The notes: a model not told the origin generated them from the letters alone. A stretch of 39,821 nt of DNA from an uncultured Candidatus Saccharibacteria bacterium (GCA_964359735.1 CAYHTZ010000008.1:1-39821); one strand, 5' to 3'. Positions 7,574 through 18,223 are shown, counted from the stretch's first letter. A program made the numbers and translations.

Positions 7574-10183
7574 TTAGAGTGTCTTTTGCCAGCGAGTGAT
7601 GGTTTCGGGACCAAAGTGCTCTTCAATTTTTTGGGGAAGTTCATGCTCCGCAACTACTTCCACCGGAGCCGGGGGAAGAGCGTGGAGTACACCTCGCCCA
7701 TATTTTTTTTCGAGCAACCTTTTATCCAAAAGGATGACTACCCCCCGATCAGTGGTGGCGCGAATCAGGCGGCCGACTCCTTGTTTCAGCCGGAGTGTCA
7801 TGCGGGGAAGCATCACTTTTTCGAAAGAGTTCGTGCCGGCTTGTTCGGATAACCCTTCGATAATGGGATCAGTGGGTTGGGAGAAGGGAAGCTTCGGGAT
7901 CACTAGCACAGAAAGAGTTTCCCCGGGACTATCAAAGCCATCCCAAAAACTATGAGTCCCAAGCAGTATGCTAGAGTGCTCATCTCGGAAGCGCCTGGCG
8001 ATATTATGCCTGCCTCCTGATATTTTCTGAGAGAGCAACCTGGTTTTGCCTCTATTAAGAATAGAAGTAAGCATCTCATGAACCGCCCCGACGCTGGCCT
8101 GAGACGTAAAGAGAGCCAGTAGCCTGCCGCGAGTGACTGCGCCTACTTTTCCAATTACTTGAGCGACGAACTGGTCGAATCCGCTACTCCCTGCTAAGGG
8201 GCCGTCTTCGACAACGAATATGCGCATTTGATCGCGGAAATCATAGGGGCTTTCAAACTCTACGGTCGGCCAATCAAAGATGCCAAAGCGCTCCTTTATA
8301 TAGTCAAAGCCCGTTTCGGTGCTCAGAGTGGCCGAAATGAGGATAGTGGGCTGAATCATACCCAGACACTCAGTGGTATAGGGGGCAATACTAAGGGCAG
8401 CATCGTGGAAGCTTACCTCTTCACTGGCGGGATCTTGCTCTATCCATTGCACCCGCTCACGGCTCTTAGGGTTTACGATGTCCTCAAGCTCTAGCCGGAA
8501 CTTCTCTATTTGCCTGATCGCTTCTCTATAGAGCGTCATTTCTTCTTTTTTCACTGACTTCTCTTGAGAGCGTGCCAGCCCCAGCAGGAAAGAAATACGA
8601 CTCAGGCAGTTTACCCCTGATTCTTTTAGCTCGTGAAATAGCCGGCTGCGGCGTAGCGTAGGCGAGAGCCTCAGGCGAGTCTCTTCTCCCCCATGAGAGT
8701 GAAGCAGGAGAGCCCCACGATCTTGGAGTAGGTCGAACTGTTTTAGGAGCGAGGTGGTTTCTTCACTAATTTTTTCATGACCAACAAAGCTTCGGAGAGT
8801 CTTCAGCAGTTCGGCAAGTACACCGGCAGAAAGTACCACTTCGCTGGCGGCCGTTGCCGCATCTTCCAGCTGGTGCCCTTCATCAACAATGAGAAGGCTG
8901 TAGTCACTCCCGAGGCGATCTTCTCCCGGGGAGGCGTGGAGCAAAAGGGCATGGTTCACGACAGTGATGTCGGCTGACTGAGCTGCTTCTCGGGAGCGCT
9001 GGTATGGGCAGTTCTCACAGCGCCGGGTGCAAGCGGCTGTATTCGCCGTAAGAGCCTGAATGAGCCATGGAGGCTGGTGAGAGAGATTCAGGCGTTCAAT
9101 GTCGCCGCTGCCTCCCCTCTCCAGCCACAACAGTACTTTTAGTAGTATCCAAGCCTCAGACGGCGAGAAGCGTTTGCCCTCGAGTAATTTTCTGAGCCTC
9201 GTTCCGCACACGTAATTGCGCCTTCCTTTCAAAGTAGCCACGCTCCGCTCGACCCCCAGGCTGGCCAGCAATGCGGGGATATCCTTTTCGACGAGCTGAT
9301 CTTGGAGTACGCGGGTGTGGGTAGAGATGAGGGTGCGTCCGCTACTCTGTAGGGCGCTCGCAAGATAGGCAAACGTCTTACCTATACCTGAAGGCGCTTC
9401 AATAATGGCGGAGGTTTTTTTGGCGATACTCTCCGATATATACTCGCTGAGGCGAACTTGCTCTGCCCGCGCAGTAAAGCCGGCGAGGGATTTCTCTAGC
9501 TTTCCTCCTGGTCCAAGTACTGAGGCAACTGAGACTTCCTTTGCATCAGGTTTCCCGGCTATCTTTGGCTTCCTTACTATCTTTTCAGGCATCTCATAAC
9601 CGCCTGGAGTGAAGAGAGGCAGATAGTGCAGCTGGCCACTTCCCTGCAGGATATGCTTCACCTTTTCTTTCAGGCTGGCAGAAATTTTTAGGTTCTCACG
9701 AATCTTCTGTAAGAGCTTCCACGTGAGTACGATATCTGCGCCGGCGCGGTGCTCGCCGGTTACCGTGATGCCTAGGTCTTTGGCGAGCGTACCCAGGTTG
9801 TAGCTATCGGCTTCCGGCCACGTGACAGCCGCCAGCGGGAAGGTATCCCAGACTGGCTGCGGGAGACGGCAGCCGTGGGTATGTAACCAGGAAAGATCGA
9901 AGGGAGCATTGTGGGCAAAGAGGGTATCTTCTCCTACGAACTTTTGTACCTGTTCAATGTGTTCCGAAAATGGCGCCATGCCTTCAACCATGGCGCCTGT
10001 TATCCCCGTAATAGCGGTAGTTTCTAGAGTTATGGGGCGGCTGGGGCGGCAGAGGACCTCAAAGCGGTTAAGCTCACGGCCTTCTTCCAGATCAAAGCGG
10101 ATGGCAGCTACTTCGATAATCTCCCCTGCTTTCGGGTCGAGAGCAGTGGTTTCGATGTCTATTCCCACCACAGTTTTCACCAT
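7574..10183 (-). CDS. dinG: DnaQ-like exonuclease / DinG family helicase fusion
   Basis: DIETT, HNAPFD, HRAGAD (DEDDh exonuclease); APSGIGKT, four Cys (Fe-S), DEGH, QGVGRLIR. Confidence 0.92.
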   Translation of the reverse strand: MVKTVVGIDIETTALDPKAGEIIEVAAIRFDLEEGRELNRFEVLCRPSRPITLETTAITGITGAMVEGMAPFSEHIEQVQKFVGEDTLFAHNAPFDLSWLHTHGCRLPQPVWDTFPLAAVTWPEADSYNLGTLAKDLGITVTGEHRAGADIVLTWKLLQKIRENLKISASLKEKVKHILQGSGQLHYLPLFTPGGYEMPEKIVRKPKIAGKPDAKEVSVASVLGPGGKLEKSLAGFTARAEQVRLSEYISESIAKKTSAIIEAPSGIGKTFAYLASALQSSGRTLISTHTRVLQDQLVEKDIPALLASLGVERSVATLKGRRNYVCGTRLRKLLEGKRFSPSEAWILLKVLLWLERGGSGDIERLNLSHQPPWLIQALTANTAACTRRCENCPYQRSREAAQSADITVVNHALLLHASPGEDRLGSDYSLLIVDEGHQLEDAATAASEVVLSAGVLAELLKTLRSFVGHEKISEETTSLLKQFDLLQDRGALLLHSHGGEETRLRLSPTLRRSRLFHELKESGVNCLSRISFLLGLARSQEKSVKKEEMTLYREAIRQIEKFRLELEDIVNPKSRERVQWIEQDPASEEVSFHDAALSIAPYTTECLGMIQPTILISATLSTETGFDYIKERFGIFDWPTVEFESPYDFRDQMRIFVVEDGPLAGSSGFDQFVAQVIGKVGAVTRGRLLALFTSQASVGAVHEMLTSILNRGKTRLLSQKISGGRHNIARRFRDEHSSILLGTHSFWDGFDSPGETLSVLVIPKLPFSQPTDPIIEGLSEQAGTNSFEKVMLPRMTLRLKQGVGRLIRATTDRGVVILLDKRLLEKKYGRGVLHALPPAPVEVVAEHELPQKIEEHFGPETITRWQKTL

Positions 10184-10189
10184 AGAGAG

Positions 10190-11404
10190 TTATTTCTGCT
10201 CAGCGGAGAGCGGGAAGACGAGTGAGACTTGCCTCCCATCTCCCCACGCCAGCAGCCCAAAAAGGCGGGGCAGGGAGAGTTTCTGCATGATTTCAGCGCT
10301 GAGACTGACATGCCACAGTGAGGCAGGAGGCGGGGAGGAAGCCAGGGTAGTGAGGGCCGGCGTGGTAGAAAGTACAGCCCGGCCAGGAGTTTGGCAGAGG
10401 AATAACGAGAGCTCAGAGTTGCGGCAGCCCTGGTCATCCGGAGGGGTAGTAAAGGCCGGGACGAGCGCGGCCGGGCGCTTCTCATACCCAATCGTACCGT
10501 CGGGCAGACGAAAGGCACGGGTGACGGGGTGAGCGTGGGCTACCTCTTCCCCCACCCAGGAATCGGCGAGTACGATAAAACTTTCTTCCTGCCTGACAGT
10601 TCCCAGACGAGCTTCGTGATTAATCCCTGCCTCAATGTGATCAAAGGCAGCGAGTGCCTCCACGAGATCAGGTTTGGAAGAACGCAAGCCAAACCTTTGC
10701 CAGAAATATTGATTCCACACTTGCCTTACGGGAGTAGGGAGTGCGGCAAGGTATGATCCCGGAACGGAGACCTGAAACCCGGCCGGTAAGGTAAAGGGCG
10801 GCACTTTTTCCGCGCTCGGCCAATTCTTTCCTTCGGAACCTGCTACAACAAGCATGTCGTTTCGGAGTTCAGCCACCAGGTGGAAATCGCCGGGCAGTAC
10901 GGGGAAGGCCGAGGCAGAAAGAGAGGCGAGCAACGTGGGTCGAAGAGGCAAGCGGTCGTGAAAGAGCCACGAGGGCAGGTGCTTCAGACCGGCGAGAAGC
11001 AGCTGGGATGACTTTCCCTGGAGAGCGTCTTCCCGCCGGCTTGCCAAAACAAGCAGGCCTAGGCGCCGGCTATGCCAACCCTGCTCGGTGAGGTTAGCTG
11101 GCAACCCGTAGAACGTACTCAACTTGGGCAGCAGCACGGCACTTTCGCCACTGCCCGAGCGCGTATAGACGACACGGGAAATGGAGCCGAGCGGCAGAGC
11201 AGAAAGCTCGTCAAGGTGGTACTGGCTGCGGAGGGACTCAAGAAGTTCTACTGCCTCACCTCCGTCGACATATACTTTTAGCGGAGCATCAGGGACGAGC
11301 CCCCACATGAAGTAGGCTGAAATGTGAATACAGTAGCTCGCCGCGGCGGCGGCGAGGATAAACCCAGTGATCAGGCCGATCCCGAGAAGCACTTTCTGGG
11401 ACAT
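10190..11404 (-). CDS. Hypothetical protein with N-terminal membrane anchor/signal
   Basis: 404-aa ORF, hydrophobic N-terminus, tight operon spacing with neighbours. Confidence 0.75.
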   Translation of the reverse strand: MSQKVLLGIGLITGFILAAAAASYCIHISAYFMWGLVPDAPLKVYVDGGEAVELLESLRSQYHLDELSALPLGSISRVVYTRSGSGESAVLLPKLSTFYGLPANLTEQGWHSRRLGLLVLASRREDALQGKSSQLLLAGLKHLPSWLFHDRLPLRPTLLASLSASAFPVLPGDFHLVAELRNDMLVVAGSEGKNWPSAEKVPPFTLPAGFQVSVPGSYLAALPTPVRQVWNQYFWQRFGLRSSKPDLVEALAAFDHIEAGINHEARLGTVRQEESFIVLADSWVGEEVAHAHPVTRAFRLPDGTIGYEKRPAALVPAFTTPPDDQGCRNSELSLFLCQTPGRAVLSTTPALTTLASSPPPASLWHVSLSAEIMQKLSLPRLFGLLAWGDGRQVSLVFPLSAEQK

Positions 11405-11438
11405 GGGACTTTAGATTACTTCACTTTCGGGCTCGCGC

Positions 11439-13451
11439 CTAGGGAGTGGAAGTTGGTGTTGCGGAAGGTGCAGGCGAGGTTGTCGGGCTGGGTACAAGCG
11501 ATGGGCTAGCCGCAGGAGCTTTTCCATGAACTATGACACCAGAAAGCCTAATACCGGTGGGAGTAACTTCCTGAGTAACGGCCGCGGGCAGTTTCGCCTC
11601 GGCCGCGGGTAGAAGATCCAAGAGCGGCGGGAAACTGAGGTATCCCAATAGGAAACCTTGAGTCACGGGTAGCACTCCCCATTCCTTGAGGAGTACATTC
11701 CACGGTTCACTGGCTTCTAAAGTGGGGGTGCGTTTCGCGGCGACATCCAGGAGAGTAAACATGCCTTCCTTTGAACTCGCAAAGCCTACGTTGTTTTCGC
11801 TGAGGGTGTAATCCAGCGCCTTCGTGGACCCCGCCACGTTCAGGAAGCGTAGGGGGGCTTGCTCGTACGCGCCATCGGCAAAGGCTAGGGTGACAGCAGG
11901 TTTTCCCGACATAATGAGGGGCAGTGCAGCGGAAAACGCTTGCTCGAGCGCAGTATCCCCCATAACTACGGGCGGGGTAACTTCCGCCGGTATGGTAAAG
12001 ATCAGGCCTATATCGGGCGACCCATCGCGGCCAACTCGCTCATAGAAAGCGTACGGGCTAGTAAGCTTTCGGACGAGGCCAGCCACGGCAGCTTGATCAA
12101 GCACGGATTTATCCAAGACGCGGGCTATGTCTTGCCAGGCAGCAATGTCGGACGCCAAATTGGCGCCCAGGCGCACAAAGGTGGCATCCGGCGGCAAACC
12201 GCTCAGAAAGGTTTGGTCTACTTGACCAGCGGGGGTTGGGGCAGCAGCACCAGTTGTTAGGCTCGCCTCCCCGAGGCCATCAAACAGGAGCGCCTGCCGA
12301 GAAGAGGTGAGGCGGGCGGACAGCAAAGCAGTTTTTACTGAGCCGGCGGCAAACTGCTCCCCTGCGCTGCTCTCACGGATTTGATTCAAGGCCGACTCGG
12401 CGAGGTAGATCCGGATAGGGCTTACGTCCCCGGTATCTTTGAAGCGGGTTTTTACCGCATCACTCATTCCCTTCCCCTGGGCCAAGGCTTCCAAAAATGG
12501 AGCTGAGTTTAAGGCGTGGAGAACGTACCAGCCGCTTACTTCATTAATCTGGCTGGGGCTAAACTGAGCTAATTCCTGGTCGCCCATTCCTTCTTTGGGA
12601 ACGAGCAAGTAGGGGCGACTTTCCCCTGAGAGCGTCACGTACATCAACTGTTTTACATTCGGATTGTTCAGGAAGACCTTGGGGTTACCTTGGAACAAGG
12701 TTTTATTCGAACTTTGCCAGAACCCCAAAAGTTCACTGCGATCGCTCCCAGCTTCAACCCGATAATGTAAGGCAATCGAGGCCGAAGCCGGTATGACCTC
12801 GGTTGCTTCCACCGCAGCTACCAGGGGTTGTTCCTGCGCGGGAGCTGGCGCCGAGACAAACGTTATAAACGCCCACGCTCCCCCACCAACGACAACAATG
12901 AAGAGCAGAATAAGGCCGCCCCACATGAAAAGACGGCGGCGATTGCGGCGCGCTACATGAGGCAGGGTGCCTATTGAGGTAGCTGCCGCCGCGGGGACGG
13001 GAGCAGGTTTTGGTTCATTGCGTGGGGGGAGAGGAAATTGGGCTGGGGCTGGAGGAGTTTTAGCGGCAGCGGTGGAGGTAACAGGGGCAGGCGAAGGCGG
13101 GGGGGTCAGTGGTTTCGGGGCTTGCCCCGTTCCTGACCCAGTCCCAACGGGCCTGGCAGTCCCGCCAGGGGCGGGACTTATCAGGAACGGGGTGGAAGAA
13201 GCAGGGGGCACGCTCGCAGGAGAAGGGGTAACCGGCGGCGGAGAGGCAGGTTTTGCCAAGCGAGAGGTAGTAATAATGGGGCCTAGGGCAGGTACTGCAG
13301 GCAGCGGCTTGGCCGGCCCAGCTTTTGCTAAACCTGCCTGGCCGGCAGGCAGGGCTTCGGCGGGCAAGTTAGACGGTTTTGCAGTACCGCTACCCGACAA
13401 ATCGTCCTTCATCGTGTGGATAAAAATGTTGTCCCCTCCCTGATCTGCCAT
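11439..13451 (-). CDS. Hypothetical bitopic membrane protein with Pro-rich N-terminus
   Basis: 670 aa; P/A/S/T-rich region, RRNRRR then TM helix, large C-terminal domain, PT-rich tail; TGGTAAAAT 6 nt before ATG. Confidence 0.8.
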   Translation of the reverse strand: MADQGGDNIFIHTMKDDLSGSGTAKPSNLPAEALPAGQAGLAKAGPAKPLPAVPALGPIITTSRLAKPASPPPVTPSPASVPPASSTPFLISPAPGGTARPVGTGSGTGQAPKPLTPPPSPAPVTSTAAAKTPPAPAQFPLPPRNEPKPAPVPAAAATSIGTLPHVARRNRRRLFMWGGLILLFIVVVGGGAWAFITFVSAPAPAQEQPLVAAVEATEVIPASASIALHYRVEAGSDRSELLGFWQSSNKTLFQGNPKVFLNNPNVKQLMYVTLSGESRPYLLVPKEGMGDQELAQFSPSQINEVSGWYVLHALNSAPFLEALAQGKGMSDAVKTRFKDTGDVSPIRIYLAESALNQIRESSAGEQFAAGSVKTALLSARLTSSRQALLFDGLGEASLTTGAAAPTPAGQVDQTFLSGLPPDATFVRLGANLASDIAAWQDIARVLDKSVLDQAAVAGLVRKLTSPYAFYERVGRDGSPDIGLIFTIPAEVTPPVVMGDTALEQAFSAALPLIMSGKPAVTLAFADGAYEQAPLRFLNVAGSTKALDYTLSENNVGFASSKEGMFTLLDVAAKRTPTLEASEPWNVLLKEWGVLPVTQGFLLGYLSFPPLLDLLPAAEAKLPAAVTQEVTPTGIRLSGVIVHGKAPAASPSLVPSPTTSPAPSATPTSTP
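13317..13368. repeat. Nested palindromic mini-repeat, in frame within CDS
   Basis: CCCAGCTTTTGCTAAA[CCTGCCTGGCCGGCAGGCAGG]GCTTCGGCGGGCAAG; translated as LPAEALPAGQAGLAKAG. Confidence 0.75.
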
Positions 13452-13523
13452 TTATTTATTTTACCATGGCAGCCTAGCCTTCATAAACAGGCATTTCTGT
13501 GGCCTGGCGTACTATCAATACCG

Positions 13524-15074
13524 CTAACTAACTGCAGGCTGCCAGGGTGTTTTGCGCCGAAACGCCAAACAGAAGAAAGCGGTAATCGCAACTATTAGCA
13601 CCGCGGAACCCACAATCCAGACTGGCTTATTAACAACATTGCTGTAGACAAACAAGGGTAACCCCACGAAAGTAGCTGTGATAATACCCCACATTACACC
13701 GCGGGCATCGAGGCGCGACCAGTACAAGCTTAAGATCGTCGGCACAGCCACAGTGGACGCTACCGCATTGAAGACCCACCATAATTGTTGCAGACCAAAT
13801 TTCGGAGTGAAAATCACTGCCAGCGCCACGAGAAATCCAAGAATGGTAATCACTACCATAGAAGTTCTGCCTCCGCCCAGCCGCCGGGCGTCGAGTAAAT
13901 GCTTGTCCAGTTGTTCACGGTCGGTCATCGGATTTCCCTCATCATGCTTCCGCAATAGCTTTCGTTCGTAGTCGGTATATTTCATGATGTCCGTGGCGTA
14001 CAAAGTAGCGGCGGCGTTCATGCCAGAATCAAGCGTTGAGGAGAGCGCGCAGAGCAACATAATGACGAAGAGGAACACGGTCCAGGTTGGTAGCAGCGTG
14101 GTTACTGCTGCCACACCAATCATGGAGGGGTCAGTTCCCTGCGGCAGCGCAATGCCTAAACTGGGGTCTGCACCAATAAATCCAATCAGCCCCAGTAAAA
14201 TCGGCACTATCCCAAAAGCAAGTGCCCCAAAGATGAAGGCTTTGCGCAGGTGACCTTCGCGAACCGCAAAACCTCGCTGCCAGTACTGCTGGTCGGAAAC
14301 CGCCCCAGCCAAGAGGCCGATTGACGTCACAATTCCCAAGGAAAATGCAATGCCAGGGTTAAAAATGTTTGCGCTGCCTTTTGTGCCAGCCAGACCATTC
14401 AAAAGCACGTGCGGGCCCCCGGCCGCTGAAATCAGCCATGGTACGATAATGAGAATAGCAACGATAATCAAGAGCAACTGAAAGAAATCCGTAATAAGGG
14501 AGGACTCGAAGCCAGAAACCAGCGTATAGATCAAGGGAATAGCTCCTAAAATAACAATGGTTATGATAGTGGTGGCTTGATAGACGGGAATTCCAAGTAG
14601 CACACCCAAAAGAGTTCCGCCCGCGAAGAGCTGGACCGTAACAGACATGAGCTGATAAAAAAGGAACGGGATAAGATAAATCTTATGCAACCGTTCGCTT
14701 TCCAAGCGATATTTAATCCATTGCGGTAAGGTATATCCAAACGGCATCTTCCTACGAATAGTTGGAGCTAAAACTGCAAAGATGGCTAGGGCTAATATGT
14801 TAGGCGCCGTGAACCAAAATAGGCCGGCCAAGCCGCTTTCATAGGCGAACAACGTGGAAACAAATACGGCTGGGGCCCAAATCCATGAAGCCGCGATGCC
14901 GGTTCCCCCTAAAATCCAATTCACCTTACGCTCGCCGATTAAGAAGTTTTCTACCTTAGATGATGCTTTGTTCCAGCGCGCAAACAAGTACGTAACAACG
15001 AGCATGCCCAAGCCAAACAAAAACAAGATGACGTAAGCCTGGCCAGGACTGATTTGTACAAGTTGATTCGTCAT
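13524..15074 (-). CDS. Sodium:solute symporter family transporter (DUR3/urea-like)
   Basis: About 13 TM segments; ASWIWA, DQQYWQR, ALSSTLDS motifs. Confidence 0.85.
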   Translation of the reverse strand: MTNQLVQISPGQAYVILFLFGLGMLVVTYLFARWNKASSKVENFLIGERKVNWILGGTGIAASWIWAPAVFVSTLFAYESGLAGLFWFTAPNILALAIFAVLAPTIRRKMPFGYTLPQWIKYRLESERLHKIYLIPFLFYQLMSVTVQLFAGGTLLGVLLGIPVYQATTIITIVILGAIPLIYTLVSGFESSLITDFFQLLLIIVAILIIVPWLISAAGGPHVLLNGLAGTKGSANIFNPGIAFSLGIVTSIGLLAGAVSDQQYWQRGFAVREGHLRKAFIFGALAFGIVPILLGLIGFIGADPSLGIALPQGTDPSMIGVAAVTTLLPTWTVFLFVIMLLCALSSTLDSGMNAAATLYATDIMKYTDYERKLLRKHDEGNPMTDREQLDKHLLDARRLGGGRTSMVVITILGFLVALAVIFTPKFGLQQLWWVFNAVASTVAVPTILSLYWSRLDARGVMWGIITATFVGLPLFVYSNVVNKPVWIVGSAVLIVAITAFFCLAFRRKTPWQPAVS

Positions 15075-15220
15075 GGGTATAAAAACTTGAGTTAATAATA
15101 CGCGAGTCTAGGTTCGCGCACCTGTGCATAACTTGACAGGTATGGAAAACAGAGTATCGTGTTGCACCATACGTTCATAGAGTGGTAAATAGCACTCTAG
15201 GGTGGTACTCTACACCACAT

Positions 15221-15988
15221 ATGTATCGGGAGATATTTCAACAGTTAGGACTCTCAAAGAATGAGGCAGCGATCTACGAGACCTTGCTCACGCATGGTGA
15301 ATCTTCGGTTGACCTCATTTCTCGCAAATCGAAGGTATATCGGCGTAACGTCTATGATTCTTTGCGCCGCCTCATGGAGAAGGGATTAGCGTTTGAGATT
15401 TTGGCGAGTCGCGAAAAACGTTACCAAGCCGTTGAGCCGGACAAGCTCATGGAGCTGCTGCAGGAGAAGGAGGCAATGTTGGCGAACGTGATGCCGGAGC
15501 TTAAGCAACGCTACCGCTCTATCCCCCGCGAGCATGCCGTCTTTATTTACCGGGGGCCAGAAGGCTGGAAAAACTATCTCAGTGATATGCTACGCAATAC
15601 CAAAGAAGCGCACTTCATTGCGGCTAAGGGTGCGTGGCTGGATAAGCGGATACAGATGGCCTTTCCCCAATTCTCGAGTATGGCGAAGAAGAAAGGACTC
15701 ACGTTCTACCACCTCTTCGACCACGAAGTGAAAAAGGATTTCCCAGAGATTTTGAAACACGCGGGCAGCAACTACAAGTTCCTGCCTAAGGGGTATTCAA
15801 CGCCGGCGGCCATCGATGTGTTCGGTAACCGTGTGTATGTGCTCTCTGATATTCGCATTGGCGGTTTCGAGGAGGATTTTGCGATTACGGTGATTGTGAA
15901 CCAGCAAGTCGCGGATGCGTTTCGGACGTGGTTTAAGCTAATGTGGGATTTGCTGCCAGAAGAGAGACGCGCAAAAGCCAAAACCTAA
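15221..15988 (+). CDS. TrmB family transcriptional regulator
   Basis: LGLSKNEAAIYETLL...RRNVYDSLRRLMEKGL wHTH; start taken at ATG 15221. Confidence 0.85.
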   Translation: MYREIFQQLGLSKNEAAIYETLLTHGESSVDLISRKSKVYRRNVYDSLRRLMEKGLAFEILASREKRYQAVEPDKLMELLQEKEAMLANVMPELKQRYRSIPREHAVFIYRGPEGWKNYLSDMLRNTKEAHFIAAKGAWLDKRIQMAFPQFSSMAKKKGLTFYHLFDHEVKKDFPEILKHAGSNYKFLPKGYSTPAAIDVFGNRVYVLSDIRIGGFEEDFAITVIVNQQVADAFRTWFKLMWDLLPEERRAKAKT

Positions 15989-18213
15989 CGGGGTGGGCGG
16001 GGGCCGCGGAAGGGGCCGGGACGGCCGCCGCCGTGATGAGGGCGACCTCCGCCTCCATGGCGAGGACCACGGTCACGTTCAACGGGTTTATAGTTCGGGT
16101 TTACGGCCGCGATGTGCGATAAGTTAATGCGGCCCATAGAATCGATTTCGGTCACTACCACCGGGATGACATCCCCTACCTTTACAACATCGTGAATGTT
16201 TTCTACGCGCTCTTCGCGGAACTGGCTGATATGCACCATGCCTTCGACACCGGTGCCGGGGATTAACTCGACAAAGGCGCCGAAGTCCATCAGGCGGGTG
16301 ACTTTACCGTCGAAGCGCTCCCCTACCTGAATTTCGCGGGTCATGTTCTTTACCCAGGCGACGGCTTTCTTCATGGCCTCGGCATCATTGCTGGTGATAG
16401 ACACTAAGCCGTCGTCAGCGATATCAATTTCCACGCCCGTTTCTTCGATAATGGCGTTGATGTGCTTGCCTTTGGGGCCAATGACATCGCCAATCTTTTC
16501 CACGGGGATGCGGATGGTTTCAATCCTCGGTGCATACGGGGACATTTCTTTGCGCGGCTCAGGCAAGACAGCATTCATGGCATCTAAGATCTCTAACCGG
16601 GCTTTCTTGGCCTGCGCGAAGCCTTCGCGTAACACGTCGAGTTTGACGCCATTTAGCTTAATGTCCATTTGCAAGGCAGTAATGCCATCCGCGGTGCCGG
16701 CTACCTTGAAATCCATGTCGCCTTGTTCGTCTTCTACTCCCGCGATGTCAGTTAAGATGCGGTGCTCCCCTTTCTCATTCACGAACAAGCCCATGGCAAT
16801 ACCGGCCACCGGTTTTTTGATAGGGACACCGGCATCCATCAGCGAAAGCGAGGAGGCGCAGGCAGAAGCCATGGAAGAGGATCCGTTGCTTTCTAAAACT
16901 TCTGAAGTTAAGAGCATGGTGTAGGGCCACTCTTCCTGAGAAGGCAGCACGGGAATGAGGGCGCGTTCCGCCAAGGCACCATGGCCGATTTCACGCCGGC
17001 CAGGGCCGCGGGAAGGTTTGTTTTCTCCCACCGAGAAACTAGGGAAATTGTAGTAATGGATGTAGCGTTTTTTCTCGTCGACTTCCATGGTGTCTATCCA
17101 CTGCACATCAGATGGGCCGCCGAGGGTTGCCACATTCAAGATTTGGGTTTCCCCGCGCTGGAAGAGGCTGCTGCCATGTGTGCGAGGCAGGAGACCGGTT
17201 TTCACCACCAGCGGGCGGATTTCATCGAAGGCGCGGTTGCCTTCGCGCCAGTTGGCCTCGAAGGCTTGCGAGCGGGCGTAGGTGCCGCGTACATCGTGAA
17301 TGGCGTGCCCGATCATTTTGTCAGTGATAACTTTTTTCTCTTCTTCGGAAAGAGCAGCTTTGACTGCTTCCACGGCAGCATTTTCTGCCTGAGAAATTTC
17401 CTTCTTGGTACGCGCGGTTTTCATCTTCTCAATTAAGACATCGCGCCCCAGGCCTTGGATTTTGGTAAAGATTTCCGTGTCGTGCTTCATAAAGCTGGGT
17501 TCCTGCTTGGGTTTGCCATAGTCGGTCTGGAGTTTTTGAATGACCGGGACAATTAAGGCTAAAGCTTTTTGGGCTTCCGCGAGTGCTTCTACCATGACGT
17601 CTTCGGGTACTTCGTTGGCACCGGCCTCGATCATGACAATGTGCTCGCCAGTACCGGCCACCACGAGATCAAGGTCGCTGGCTTCTCGTTCTTCTTCCGC
17701 GGGGTTAATGAGAAATTTTCCGTCCTTGCGTCCTACGCGCACGGCGGCAATAGGGCCGTTCCAGGGTACGTCGGAAACAGATAAGGCTGCGGAAGCGGCA
17801 ATAAGAGCAGGAATGTCGGGATCATTTTCCCCATCGTAGGAGAGAATAGTAATCATGACCTGCACGTCATTAATCATGTTTTCCGGAAAGAGCGGACGGA
17901 TGGTGCGGTCAATTAAGCGCGCGGTAAGTGTGGCCTCGTCAGAGGGTCTGCCTTCACGCTTGATGAAGCGGCTTCCCTTAATTTTCCCGGCGGCGTAGTA
18001 GCGCTCTTCGTAATCAACTAGAAGGGGCAGGAAGTCCCCGTCTGGGTAGAGAGGTTTGCGGATATTAGCTGTGGCCAATACGACCGTGTCGCCATATTGA
18101 ACTAACACTGCGCCGCCCGCTTGCTTGGCAAGCTCGCCAGTACTTAAACATAATTCTTGCCCCCCAATTTGGGTGGTGCATCGCGCGGATGCCGCTGTCA
18201 CAATTGAACTCAT
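15985..18213 (-). CDS. pnp: Polyribonucleotide nucleotidyltransferase
   Basis: RREIGHG, SNGSSSMAS, GDMDFKVAG, KH and S1 domains. Confidence 0.98.
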   Translation of the reverse strand: MSSIVTAASARCTTQIGGQELCLSTGELAKQAGGAVLVQYGDTVVLATANIRKPLYPDGDFLPLLVDYEERYYAAGKIKGSRFIKREGRPSDEATLTARLIDRTIRPLFPENMINDVQVMITILSYDGENDPDIPALIAASAALSVSDVPWNGPIAAVRVGRKDGKFLINPAEEEREASDLDLVVAGTGEHIVMIEAGANEVPEDVMVEALAEAQKALALIVPVIQKLQTDYGKPKQEPSFMKHDTEIFTKIQGLGRDVLIEKMKTARTKKEISQAENAAVEAVKAALSEEEKKVITDKMIGHAIHDVRGTYARSQAFEANWREGNRAFDEIRPLVVKTGLLPRTHGSSLFQRGETQILNVATLGGPSDVQWIDTMEVDEKKRYIHYYNFPSFSVGENKPSRGPGRREIGHGALAERALIPVLPSQEEWPYTMLLTSEVLESNGSSSMASACASSLSLMDAGVPIKKPVAGIAMGLFVNEKGEHRILTDIAGVEDEQGDMDFKVAGTADGITALQMDIKLNGVKLDVLREGFAQAKKARLEILDAMNAVLPEPRKEMSPYAPRIETIRIPVEKIGDVIGPKGKHINAIIEETGVEIDIADDGLVSITSNDAEAMKKAVAWVKNMTREIQVGERFDGKVTRLMDFGAFVELIPGTGVEGMVHISQFREERVENIHDVVKVGDVIPVVVTEIDSMGRINLSHIAAVNPNYKPVERDRGPRHGGGGRPHHGGGRPGPFRGPRPPR

Positions 18214-18223
18214 AGGTTGTAGA

